A DNA stretch of 64,000 nt, from contig LBYD01000001.1 of assembly GCA_000995965.1 (NCBI GenBank), forward strand, positions 207,265-271,264, given 5' to 3'. Below the pieces are notes generated by a model, which was not told the origin of the DNA, did no database searches, and saw nothing but the letters and a program-made list of their open reading frames with translations. The translations under genes were made by a program, and so were the position numbers. This document shows positions 9,903 to 18,794 of this stretch, piece after piece (position 1 is the first letter of the stretch; every line of letters begins with the position of its first letter). The DNA comes from Candidatus Moranbacteria bacterium GW2011_GWC2_40_12 (GTDB lineage: Bacteria > Patescibacteriota > Minisyncoccia > Moranbacterales > UBA11712).

Positions 9903-10874
9903 CTATGCTCTCAGCGTCAGCCCCAGATTACCAATGGCTTTTCTTATTTCCTTGATCCCTTTTTCTCCCATCCCTTCGAGATTCATCAGTTCGTTTTCCT
10001 TCAGAGACACTAAATCGGCGATAGTTTTGATATTGCTTTTTTCCAAAACATTCTGGGTTCTGGTTGAAAAAGGAATCGATGCTACTTCGAGATCCATACT
10101 ATCCCCTTTCTTCACTTCGGAAATTTCTTGTTCTTTTTTTTCATCCAAGACAGCGTCCACATTCTCTGTTTCATCCGCCTTCTCTCCCGTATCCATCTCT
10201 TTTGTCGCCCCAAACTGATCAATGGCAATTTTCACTGCTTCCTGAAAGGCCTCTTCCGGCGTGATTGAGCCGTCCGTCTCGATTTCAAAAGTGATCTTAT
10301 CAAAATCCGTTCTTTTTCCGACGCGCATATTTTCAATGACATAATTCACCCTTTTTACGGGAGTGAAAATCGCATCAATTGCGATAAGTCCGATTTCTTT
10401 TTTTTCTCTTTCCTGCTGTTCAACTGGAACATAGCCCAGCCCCTTCTGGACTTCTATTTCCATTTCCATTTGCGCTTTTTTGTCAGTAATCTCGGCAATG
10501 GGCATATCCTTGTTCACAACCTCGACATCGGCTGGGCACTGAATTTGCGCAGCCGATATTTTTTTCGCCCCTTTTTCTTTAAGTGTAAGTTTCACGGGCT
10601 CATCTTTGTGGACCTTGAACCGCACTTTTTTCAAGTTGAGAATAATCTGGATTAAGTCTTCCTTGACGCCGGGCATTGTTGAAAATTCGTGGGAAATTCC
10701 TTTGATTTTTATGGAAGTGGCCGCTGCACCAGTAAGAGAAGACAAAAGTATTCTTCGAAGCGTGTTGCCGATTGTTGTTCCAAAACCAGGATGGCAAGCT
10801 TCGATTTCAATTTTTCCCAAATTTTCGCCCAATATAGAATACTTTGGTTTTTTTGGCAAACTTACTTTTAGCAT
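9903..10874 (-). CDS. rpoA: DNA-directed RNA polymerase subunit alpha
   Basis: GFGTTIGNTLRRILLSSL, HEFS and DAIFTPV motifs plus alpha-CTD. Confidence 0.98.
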   Translation of the reverse strand: MLKVSLPKKPKYSILGENLGKIEIEACHPGFGTTIGNTLRRILLSSLTGAAATSIKIKGISHEFSTMPGVKEDLIQIILNLKKVRFKVHKDEPVKLTLKEKGAKKISAAQIQCPADVEVVNKDMPIAEITDKKAQMEMEIEVQKGLGYVPVEQQEREKKEIGLIAIDAIFTPVKRVNYVIENMRVGKRTDFDKITFEIETDGSITPEEAFQEAVKIAIDQFGATKEMDTGEKADETENVDAVLDEKKEQEISEVKKGDSMDLEVASIPFSTRTQNVLEKSNIKTIADLVSLKENELMNLEGMGEKGIKEIRKAIGNLGLTLRA

Positions 10875-10933
10875 TTTTTTGTGCCTTCTTGCGCCATTGA
10901 ACCGGCGAATGAAGACTGATTAATATTAAAAAT

Positions 10934-11575
10934 CTATCTAGAATAAAATTCAACAATCACTTGCGCATCCACATGAAGATCAAGATCATTCCTGGTCGGT
11001 TTTGATTTTATTTTCACGACGATCTCATTGGGAACCGTCTCAAGCCATCCAGAAGGAGGAGTCCCCCCTTTTTTTTCTTTCAGTCTCGCCGCAAGTTGCT
11101 TGAAATATTCCCCTTTTGTTTTATTTGGCTTTGCAGAAATAACATCCCCAATTTTCACTTCGCGCGAAGGAATGTTTATTTTTTTACCGTTGATCAAGAA
11201 CTGCGAATGTCCCACAAGCTGCCTGGCTGACTGCCGGCTGGGAGCAAAACCAGCCCTGAAAATCACGTTATCGAGGCGCATCTCAAGCTTTTGCATCAGA
11301 AGGTCTCCGGTAACACCGGGCTTATCCTTTACATCATGGAAATACTTCTTGAATTGCCTTTCCATCACGCCATAAATTCTTTTTACCCGCTGTTTCATTG
11401 CCATTTGCTGGCCAAATTCTCCCTGCGGCCTTCTTCCTTTTTTTCCGTGAACACCCGGCACGTATGGTTTTCTGACCATTGCGCACTTCGGCGTCCCGCA
11501 GCGGTCGCCTTTCAAAAAGAGCTTTTCTGTCGCTCTTCGGCATAATTTGCATTTGTTTGATAAATCTCGTCCCAT
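10934..11575 (-). CDS. rpsD: 30S ribosomal protein S4 (Cys-containing type)
   Basis: CKLCRR..KLFLKGDRC..C, LEMRLDNVIFR and VEFYSR. Confidence 0.98.
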   Translation of the reverse strand: MGRDLSNKCKLCRRATEKLFLKGDRCGTPKCAMVRKPYVPGVHGKKGRRPQGEFGQQMAMKQRVKRIYGVMERQFKKYFHDVKDKPGVTGDLLMQKLEMRLDNVIFRAGFAPSRQSARQLVGHSQFLINGKKINIPSREVKIGDVISAKPNKTKGEYFKQLAARLKEKKGGTPPSGWLETVPNEIVVKIKSKPTRNDLDLHVDAQVIVEFYSR

Positions 11576-11579
11576 AAAT

Positions 11580-12116
11580 TTATACTCTTCGAGGTTTTCG
11601 CGGACGGCATCCGTTGTGAGGTATCGGCGTTATGTCTTTGATTAGGATTATCTCAAAATCGTTGTTAGCGAGAGCCCGGATCGAGGCTTCTCTCCCTGAT
11701 CCGACGCCTTTGACGTAAACTTCGATTTCCCTGAGACCGTATTTTGAAACTTTTTCAGTTGCGGCATTCACGATTTGCGTCGCCGCGTAAGGAGTCGCTT
11801 TTTTCGCTCCTTTGAAGCCGAGAGATCCGGCGCTCGACCAGGCCAGAATCTTTCCGCCCAAATCTGAAAAAGCAACCAGTGTATTGTTATAGGTGCATTG
11901 AACATGAGCCTGCCCCCGCAAAACCTGACGGCGAATCTTTTTCTTCTTTTTCTTGACAACCGGCTTTTCCTCGCTCTTTTCTGCTTTTTTATCGTCTTTT
12001 TTCACATCTGCTACCTTAGTTTCGAGTTTTTCCGCTTTTTTTTCATCAACAAAAACTTCTGATTTTTGATCAGGCTTTTCCTTCTTTTCTTCGGTTTTCT
12101 TCGTTTCCTCTGTCAT
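11580..12116 (-). CDS. rpsK: 30S ribosomal protein S11 with long charged N-terminal extension
   Basis: TYNNT, GFKGAKKATPYAA and DITPIPHNGCRP. Confidence 0.97.
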   Translation of the reverse strand: MTEETKKTEEKKEKPDQKSEVFVDEKKAEKLETKVADVKKDDKKAEKSEEKPVVKKKKKKIRRQVLRGQAHVQCTYNNTLVAFSDLGGKILAWSSAGSLGFKGAKKATPYAATQIVNAATEKVSKYGLREIEVYVKGVGSGREASIRALANNDFEIILIKDITPIPHNGCRPRKPRRV

Positions 12117-12143
12117 TATGGAAAATTAATTCGTATATTTTTA

Positions 12144-12169
12144 CCCGCCGTAGTTTTAGCAAAGGCGGG
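12144..12169. repeat. Short palindromic REP-like element, family B
   Basis: CCCGCC-GTAGTTTTAGCAAA-GGCGGG; resembles 31942-31971 and the flanks at 52198/52305. Confidence 0.6.
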
Positions 12170-12193
12170 CGTGCTCCGATTAATTCGTAGAGA

Positions 12194-12583
12194 TTACGTT
12201 TTTTCCGCTGATGGTTTTCGGCCGCTACCCATTGTTTTTCGGACATTTCCTCGAACGGTACGAGTATTTGTCTTCGTCTTTTGGCCGCGAACCGGAAGTC
12301 CCTTGGCATGTCGGCTTCCTCTATAGCAGCCAATATCCTTAAGCCGCCTTATGTTCATCTGCCTTTGGTGTTTGAGTTCTCCTTCAATCGTGAAATTTTT
12401 CTCAATATAATCTTTCAATTTGCTTATCCCATTTTCACCAAGCGTTTTTGTCCTCGCGTCCGGATTCATTCCCAAATCCGCAAGTATCTTCTTGCTTCTT
12501 GGGTGCCCGATTCCATGGATATAAGTGAGAGCGATTTCTATTCTTTTTTCGTCGGGGATATTCACCCCAGCAATTCTTGCCAT
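12194..12583 (-). CDS. rpsM: 30S ribosomal protein S13
   Basis: [10 protein letters not shown] and YRGSRHAKGLPVRGQKTKTNTRT. Confidence 0.98.
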   Translation of the reverse strand: MARIAGVNIPDEKRIEIALTYIHGIGHPRSKKILADLGMNPDARTKTLGENGISKLKDYIEKNFTIEGELKHQRQMNIRRLKDIGCYRGSRHAKGLPVRGQKTKTNTRTVRGNVRKTMGSGRKPSAEKT

Positions 12584-12696
12584 TAGCCTTGGCGCTGCTT
12601 ATGCTTCGGATTAGAACAAATAACAAAAACTTTCCCTTTTCGCCTCACAATTTTGCATTTTTGGCAGATTTTTTTGACTGATGCTCGAACTTTCAT
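12583..12696 (-). CDS. rpmJ: 50S ribosomal protein L36 (absent from the ORF track)
   Basis: Translated by hand as [37 protein letters not shown]; its stop overlaps the rpsM start. Confidence 0.97.
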   Translation of the reverse strand: MKVRASVKKICQKCKIVRRKGKVFVICSNPKHKQRQG

Positions 12697-12792
12697 AATA
12701 ACCACTCACTAATTATGAGCGAACAAATAGCGAATGAGAACGAAGAATTTTCGCTCTTATTCGTTTTAAATTCGCTCCCGATTCGCGAGTTC

Positions 12793-13011
12793 TTACATTC
12801 TCTGAACTATCCTTCCCTTTGTGAGATCATACGGGCTCATTTCAACCAGTACCCGGTCGCCCGGCAAAAGCCGGATATAGTGCACCCGCATTCTTCCCGA
12901 AATATGGGCCAATATTTCATGCCCGTTTTCAAGCTCGACTTTGAATGTCGTGCTGGGAAGCGTCTCCTTCACTACGCCATTTAACTTTATAATTTCTTTA
13001 TCTTTAGACAT
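12793..13011 (-). CDS. infA: Translation initiation factor IF-1
   Basis: [40 protein letters not shown]. Confidence 0.98.
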   Translation of the reverse strand: MSKDKEIIKLNGVVKETLPSTTFKVELENGHEILAHISGRMRVHYIRLLPGDRVLVEMSPYDLTKGRIVQRM

Positions 13012-13240
13012 TCCTTGCAAAATACCAAATAAATTATTCGTATATTCGTAAAGATTCGTAATTCGTAAAGATAAAAAAACAAGGGCAATGCCCCAGAGCC
13101 TTTCAGCCTTTATACAAGGGGCAATTCAATCCAAATGCTTGAATATCTGAAATGTATATTTATCTAAGTTCATTTTAGTTTATCGCAGTTTTTTTGTCAA
13201 GATCGCATATACCGCTAGTCAAGGACCGACCTCGACTGGA

Positions 13241-15172
13241 TTATTGCACTTCAATTTTCACCCTACTCTCGCTCATGGGCACGCGGCTGGCGAAAAAGGG
13301 CCAGAAGTTCACGTCGGCGCTTTTGACAGCAGGGTAGTTTTTGATGAAACTTTCAAGCTCAGCGCTGTTTTTCCCCAGCGCCCCTTTTTTGAAATTAGAA
13401 ATATCCAGGGCAGCCGCGGAACCAAAATCAGTTTTTGCTTCAAACTTCAAGATTCCTTTTTCAGTGTCCGCTTCGGAAAGAACATAGCTTATGCCTTTTC
13501 CAAAATCAATCCGGGCCAAATCGCCGCCGTTCGCATTTTCATTTCTTTTTATCAGCTCTTTGACATCCTCTTCCTGAAATGAAAGAATTCGCCCCTTGAT
13601 GCTGACGGTATAAATAAATTTTTGAGCTTGGGAACCTGCGCTTTCTGATGATGACGAGCTCGCGATATCAAAGAGCGCGGTATTTTCAAAAAAATACCGC
13701 CCCCCTCCAATTTTGCTTTTGAGATCTTGAAGTGCCTCTTTTTTGGCCTCAGCGACTAGTTTTTCTTTTGCCAGGGCCAAATCCTGGGAAGTGACAGTCA
13801 TGGCTTCCCCCTCTGATCCGCCTTCCATGGCCTTCGCGGATTCGGCATGAAATTTCTCGTATTTCGGACCGCCCTTGAATCCCGGAATTTTGAAGGTGGT
13901 CGGCCCGATGTTATATGACTCGCCTGGTTTGTCAGCTGCCACTTCGACTTCAACCGCTCCGGGTTTTGTTTCTCCGCCAACTTGAGCAAAACCGGGAACT
14001 ACGACGCCTTTTGTGATCCGGAAAATCTTGCCATCATCCGTTTCGAGCCGAGTGGTTGCCACTAAGGGCTGATTGTCAGAACTGAATTCGTTGTATATTG
14101 TAACCTTTCCAGCGGCCTTGCCCGCGCCGGAATGGCTCCCCGTCGCTTCGAACTCGCCGCTTCTCTCCTTTGTGATCTGCTCAAGCGCGGCGGGAATGCT
14201 TTTGTTTTCTTCATCCGCTCCATTCGTTTGGGTGCTCGCTTCAATGGCCAATGACACGCTTTTTTCCTCCGTTTTCAAGTTCAGGACGATTGCCGCCCGG
14301 GGAAGAAAAAAGTACGCACTGGCTGCTGCTCCGAAAATGAGGAAAACAACAAAAAAGATGACAAAATATTTCCCCGATCGCCCCTTCACTCGAGCTGTCT
14401 TAAGCGCTTTTTCCTTCTTGCGGGAGGATGAAAATGTGGGAGGAGAAAAATTTGATGCTCTAAAAAATTTCTCAGGCTCCAGTCCCTTCTGTCTTTCTGC
14501 TTCTCTTTTTTGAAAAAAATCACGCGGCGCCGGAGTCTCTTTTCTTTTCGTTGCATCTGATTCTTCAATTTTCGTCTTTCTCCCGCTGTCATTTATCGGA
14601 CCGGCGATGATGTCCGAGAGCTTCACCCTGTTTTCTTTTTTTTCCTTTCGGCTCTTCGGCTTTATTTCTTTCTTCGTTTTTTTGATGACTTCCGGGCCGG
14701 ATTTCGGACCATGCTTTTCCTCTTTTTTTCCATAAATAATATTCCCGATGTTTTCATTCTTCTGCATTTCCAAAGAAGAAACTGGCGCGGGAAGCGGCTC
14801 ATCGAAATAGTCGTTTGATCCCACGGCACTTTTCTCTTCCACAAAAATTTCAGTGGGAATTTCTGAATGAATTTTTCGGGAACTATCTTCAAAAATTTCA
14901 TCATCAGCTAAAGAATCATCCATTTTCCCTTGCACTTGGATTCCGGCTTTTTCAATAAGTTTTTTTCCGATTCGGTCCTGGGTCACAATCATCAGCCGTT
15001 TTCTGCGACGATTGGTTTCCTTTTTGAGCAGCTTTAAATTTACCAGGCTTTGGATTAGCAGGGCCCTTTTCGGTACGACAATAATCACTTCGTTAGCGGT
15101 TGCCTTGCGTACCCGGTCGACGATCGAAGTAATTTCTTCATCTATGTCTATGTATATTGTTTTGTGTGACAT
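13241..15172 (-). CDS. Membrane protein with extracellular baseplate-J-like domain
   Basis: N-terminal IYIDIDEEITSI..LIQSLVNLKLLK, one TM helix, then AAGKVTIYN..TRL..GAVEVEVAADKPGESYNI. Confidence 0.7.
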   Translation of the reverse strand: MSHKTIYIDIDEEITSIVDRVRKATANEVIIVVPKRALLIQSLVNLKLLKKETNRRRKRLMIVTQDRIGKKLIEKAGIQVQGKMDDSLADDEIFEDSSRKIHSEIPTEIFVEEKSAVGSNDYFDEPLPAPVSSLEMQKNENIGNIIYGKKEEKHGPKSGPEVIKKTKKEIKPKSRKEKKENRVKLSDIIAGPINDSGRKTKIEESDATKRKETPAPRDFFQKREAERQKGLEPEKFFRASNFSPPTFSSSRKKEKALKTARVKGRSGKYFVIFFVVFLIFGAAASAYFFLPRAAIVLNLKTEEKSVSLAIEASTQTNGADEENKSIPAALEQITKERSGEFEATGSHSGAGKAAGKVTIYNEFSSDNQPLVATTRLETDDGKIFRITKGVVVPGFAQVGGETKPGAVEVEVAADKPGESYNIGPTTFKIPGFKGGPKYEKFHAESAKAMEGGSEGEAMTVTSQDLALAKEKLVAEAKKEALQDLKSKIGGGRYFFENTALFDIASSSSSESAGSQAQKFIYTVSIKGRILSFQEEDVKELIKRNENANGGDLARIDFGKGISYVLSEADTEKGILKFEAKTDFGSAAALDISNFKKGALGKNSAELESFIKNYPAVKSADVNFWPFFASRVPMSESRVKIEVQ

Positions 15173-15173
15173 A

Positions 15174-16436
15174 TTAGTTTTGCATCATTTTGACAGCTCT
15201 TCGGAGCATACTCGAAAGAACTTTTTCTTCACCCACCAAGTCGAGGGCTAAATTAGCCAGCCCCATAGGCGTCACGTCCTGAGGATCGCGAAGGAGACCC
15301 GTCTTGTCAATGACATTCACGACATCTTTCGGCTGGAGGAAATTCACCGAAGGATTTTTCGAGAATGGCAAATTTTTATTCCAATTGGAACCGGAAAGAC
15401 TCTTCTTTATTCCAGGAAGGGCCGAACCGCCTCCGCAAAGAAGAATTTTTGTCGGCAGAAGATCGGCTTCGGAAAATTCTTGGAGCGACAGCTCAATACC
15501 GTCCAGCCAAACCTGACAGTCCTCGTCAAGCAATTTTTCAATTCTTTTTGCCGCGTCGTTGCCCAACTCTCCCCGGCCGTATCTGATTTTCAAATTTTCC
15601 GCCTCAACGAAATTTATGTTCATCTCCTGCGCTAATCTTTTGGTAAAAGCGCGCCCGCCCAAAGCAAACATTTTCGTTCCTTCCAAGCCGCCGTTGCGTA
15701 CTACGGCAATGTCGGTCGTTCCCCCGCCAATGTCGATAAAAATAGCGCTAAAATCAATTGTATTTTCAAGTCCCATAGATCGGGCAACGGCATACGGCTC
15801 CGCCGCTATGCTCAGAAGATCCAGATCAAGTTCCTCGGCGATTTTCTGCAAAGCACCCAAATGGACCATCGGTGCGTAAGCATTGAAGATTCCAATCGAA
15901 ACATCCCGTCCCTGAAAACCAAGGGGGTTGGTAACCCGATAGCCGTCAATCCGGACGTCGACAATTGCCGCGTTGATGAGTTTCACGTCAATTTCGCTGT
16001 GGCCCGTTTCCCATGCCAGCTGCTGGCGGATCTTGTCGAACGCTTTCCACTGCACTTTTTGGACAATATTTTTGAGCTCCGGAAGGTCAATTCTAAGTTC
16101 CGGCTTAAGCCGCTCGTAGTGAACCGTGGTCGTCGATCCTTTGACAAGCTCGCCTGCAATTCCGACAATGGACTGCTCAACCCGCCGCACATTGGCCATC
16201 TCCTCTGCCCGGCCAATCGCTTCCTCGCATGATCGGATCACTCCGGAAATATCACTCACTGCCCCGGATTGCATATCTCCCAGCCGCTGTCGGGCACGCC
16301 CCACTCCGGTTACGATTCCCTTTTCTGTTTCTTCGTCAATTTGAAAAACAAGGGCTTTCACGACTTCCGTCCCAATATCCAAAGCCAGCGCATATCCTGC
16401 TCCCCGGCGCCTCAATATTTTGGAAAATATTCCCAT
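15174..16436 (-). CDS. FtsA-like actin-fold ATPase
   Basis: ALDIGTEVVK, AEPYAVA, IDIGGGTTDIA, GGRAFT and LCGGGS motifs. Confidence 0.88.
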   Translation of the reverse strand: MGIFSKILRRRGAGYALALDIGTEVVKALVFQIDEETEKGIVTGVGRARQRLGDMQSGAVSDISGVIRSCEEAIGRAEEMANVRRVEQSIVGIAGELVKGSTTTVHYERLKPELRIDLPELKNIVQKVQWKAFDKIRQQLAWETGHSEIDVKLINAAIVDVRIDGYRVTNPLGFQGRDVSIGIFNAYAPMVHLGALQKIAEELDLDLLSIAAEPYAVARSMGLENTIDFSAIFIDIGGGTTDIAVVRNGGLEGTKMFALGGRAFTKRLAQEMNINFVEAENLKIRYGRGELGNDAAKRIEKLLDEDCQVWLDGIELSLQEFSEADLLPTKILLCGGGSALPGIKKSLSGSNWNKNLPFSKNPSVNFLQPKDVVNVIDKTGLLRDPQDVTPMGLANLALDLVGEEKVLSSMLRRAVKMMQN

Positions 16437-16498
16437 AAACCAATGTTTTTTCTTCAACCTTATTATACTAAAAAATACCGATTATTGCAAAGGCTTTT

Positions 16499-16528
16499 TT
16501 GACAGTCGGCCTGCGTATCAGCTAAGAT
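16499..16528 (+). promoter_or_regulatory. Sigma70-type promoter, probably giving a leaderless mRNA
   Basis: TTGACA-18 nt-TAAGAT, 6 nt upstream of ATG 16535. Confidence 0.6.
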
Positions 16529-16534
16529 TAGCAT

Positions 16535-17530
16535 ATGCAGCCGTCTTCTATTAAAAAAATATACAAATGGACCAGGATTGTCATCTTTGCGGTTCCTGTT
16601 TTCACCATATTGACAGGAATGTATCTTATTTTATTTCCTATCGAAAGTTTTGGCTACTCTTCCGGCCAGCCGGAAAATTCCAAATTCGAAATTTCAAAAA
16701 ATGATGCCAAACATGAAATTTCTTTCGGAGTTTTTCCAACTCTCAACCATCAGTATATTGATTTATCGGTTAATTTTGAAAAAATTGGGACCAGTTGCGC
16801 GGAAAAACCTTTCGAGATTACAATTGAAAAAACCTATCAGGCTTTCCTCTTTCCGGACGGAGAGCCGATAGGAGACAAACAATCGCTGCGAGAATATCTT
16901 TTCCGCGATAACAAATCCAAATATCCCAACGGCTCGCTTCTCCACCTCAAGCCGACGGATGAAGTATATCTTCTCTCTGGCGGCAAAAAAATTATTTTTC
17001 CCGGCCCGGAAATATTCCGCGCTTTCGGATATAATTTTGACAATCTGGCGGAGGTTGAAAAATCAGCGCTGGACCAGTTTCCCGACGCGGACAACCGCGT
17101 TTTTCTATGGACCCGCCCCCATCCCGACGGCACTTTGTTCCAAGCCTATCCTTCGCATAGGATCTTCATCGTCGCGGACGGAAAGAAGCACGAAGTCAAA
17201 GATACAGGCGACCTAAGCGAACTCTGGCATGAATATTTCACTGTACCCGTGAACGACGCAACGGAAGGCAACCAGCTCACTTGTTCTCCTGATTTTGAAG
17301 AGTTGGGAGATGGAAAAATTGCCTGCCGCTTTGACCGCCAGCTGATGCCATCAAGCTTGGGGGGATATTATCACTTTACTGTGAAATATCCGGATGAATG
17401 CCGCCAAACCGATGTCAATATTGAGAAGGCCGGAGTTCGGCTAGTTTCAGGAAAATCATTTGCAACAGTCAAAGATTCTTTCCGAAAGATTTTCGCATCA
17501 ATTGTAAACCGTTATTTCCTAAAACAATGA
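16535..17530 (+). CDS. Hypothetical membrane-anchored protein with cell-surface-type repeats
   Basis: TM helix, then repeats PNGSLL..VYLLSGGKK..F..FGY and PDGTL..IFIVADGKK that resemble those in the amidase at 18795. Confidence 0.7.
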   Translation: MQPSSIKKIYKWTRIVIFAVPVFTILTGMYLILFPIESFGYSSGQPENSKFEISKNDAKHEISFGVFPTLNHQYIDLSVNFEKIGTSCAEKPFEITIEKTYQAFLFPDGEPIGDKQSLREYLFRDNKSKYPNGSLLHLKPTDEVYLLSGGKKIIFPGPEIFRAFGYNFDNLAEVEKSALDQFPDADNRVFLWTRPHPDGTLFQAYPSHRIFIVADGKKHEVKDTGDLSELWHEYFTVPVNDATEGNQLTCSPDFEELGDGKIACRFDRQLMPSSLGGYYHFTVKYPDECRQTDVNIEKAGVRLVSGKSFATVKDSFRKIFASIVNRYFLKQ

Positions 17531-17907
17531 TCTGGAACAGCTTTTTCCAAAAAATAACCAAAGATCTTCTCGTTTCGCTCCTCGTCACATATTTTTTTCT
17601 GCTTATTCCTGAAATTGTCCTGCCGGGTATTGTCAGTTCCCACTTCAGCCCGAAATATTTTCTGGTGCTTCTCCTGGCCGTTGCCTGGCTCCATGTCTGG
17701 CTGGGAAAGAAAAACCCGGCTCCTCCGGAAAATGTCCGCTTCCAGGCAATCTCGAGAAATCTTTTGAATGCCATTCTTTTTGTCATTGCGGCTATGCTTA
17801 TTTTGAGCCTTTACAAGATGGGAATTTGGGAAATAGCCGTAACCGCGGTTTTCTCTCTGGGACTGATGATCGCGACAGAAAATATGCTTATCAGGGAAGA
17901 AACATGA
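17527..17907 (+). CDS. Hypothetical integral membrane protein (~4 TM)
   Basis: ATGA overlap with the upstream gene; several hydrophobic helices. Confidence 0.7.
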   Translation: MIWNSFFQKITKDLLVSLLVTYFFLLIPEIVLPGIVSSHFSPKYFLVLLLAVAWLHVWLGKKNPAPPENVRFQAISRNLLNAILFVIAAMLILSLYKMGIWEIAVTAVFSLGLMIATENMLIREET

Positions 17908-18098
17908 AATTCTTCGAAAGTAAAAAACCGGGGCGAAAGTCCCGGTCTTTCAAAAAAGGCAGGATGCGGTTCCCTGCCTTATGCAAAATGCGCTTTGGCG
18001 CTATGCGTCTTATTTGATAATTCCACCGGGAGTTGAGCTAATTTCTCCAGATAAATTTTTTCGTCGTGGCAGATATACAGTGCCTCATCTATTCCTCC

Positions 18099-18680
18099 CT
18101 ATGTTTGGTTTAGGCTAGAGATTGTTATGCCATTTTTTCTGCGTTCGAAAATTTCACGAAGCTCTTCTCCAAGACATGCTTCGACATCCTGGAGGCCGAT
18201 TTTGACGGGATTTCGATCGCTAGTCGCAAAAATTAGCAACCGAATGATGTCGACTTGCATTTTACCCAATTCGTGAAGATAATGGATAAAGCTCTTTTTT
18301 ACTTCGTATTTATCTCCATCTATACTGACAAGAGCGCTGCCAGGAGAAGGAAAATCCGCGCCAGTCTGGATCATCAGAAAGCAGGCTTTGGCCAGCACGC
18401 ATTTGATGATCCAGTTCAAAAGATTCATGCCATCATGGCCGAATTCAAGTGATATCACGTTTACCGCCAGATACCATTCGGTGTCCTGACGAGCATCGGC
18501 TGATATGTCTAGCTCTATATAATTATGAATGAACTGAGCCATAATATCGGCCATGTGGTGTTTCACATCTTCGATCTGGCTAAGGACTAGTTTTACGGCC
18601 TTGAATTGCAGCCACCAGTTGTTATTATATCCGAAAATAGAGCCGTAATCCTTCCCGTATGAATATTTCGTCGGGGACAT
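18099..18680 (-). CDS. Orphan hypothetical protein, possibly truncated by an internal TAG
   Basis: AAGGAGG SD; the frame stays open for 39 codons past the TAG, to a TAA at 17979. Confidence 0.6.
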   Translation of the reverse strand: MSPTKYSYGKDYGSIFGYNNNWWLQFKAVKLVLSQIEDVKHHMADIMAQFIHNYIELDISADARQDTEWYLAVNVISLEFGHDGMNLLNWIIKCVLAKACFLMIQTGADFPSPGSALVSIDGDKYEVKKSFIHYLHELGKMQVDIIRLLIFATSDRNPVKIGLQDVEACLGEELREIFERRKNGITISSLNQT

Positions 18681-18794
18681 TGCCCTTTCCTCCTTCTCGT
18701 TTGAATTTGCAACATCCTAACACTAAACAGCCTATTTTTCAAATAAAAAAAATCCCGAGGTTCGCCCCGGGGTTTTTCGATTTATTTCAAAAAT

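Noticed and set aside
13241..15172. Prophage suggested by the baseplate-J-like domain
   Set aside because: It is a single membrane-anchored gene with no capsid, terminase, tail or integrase genes nearby.
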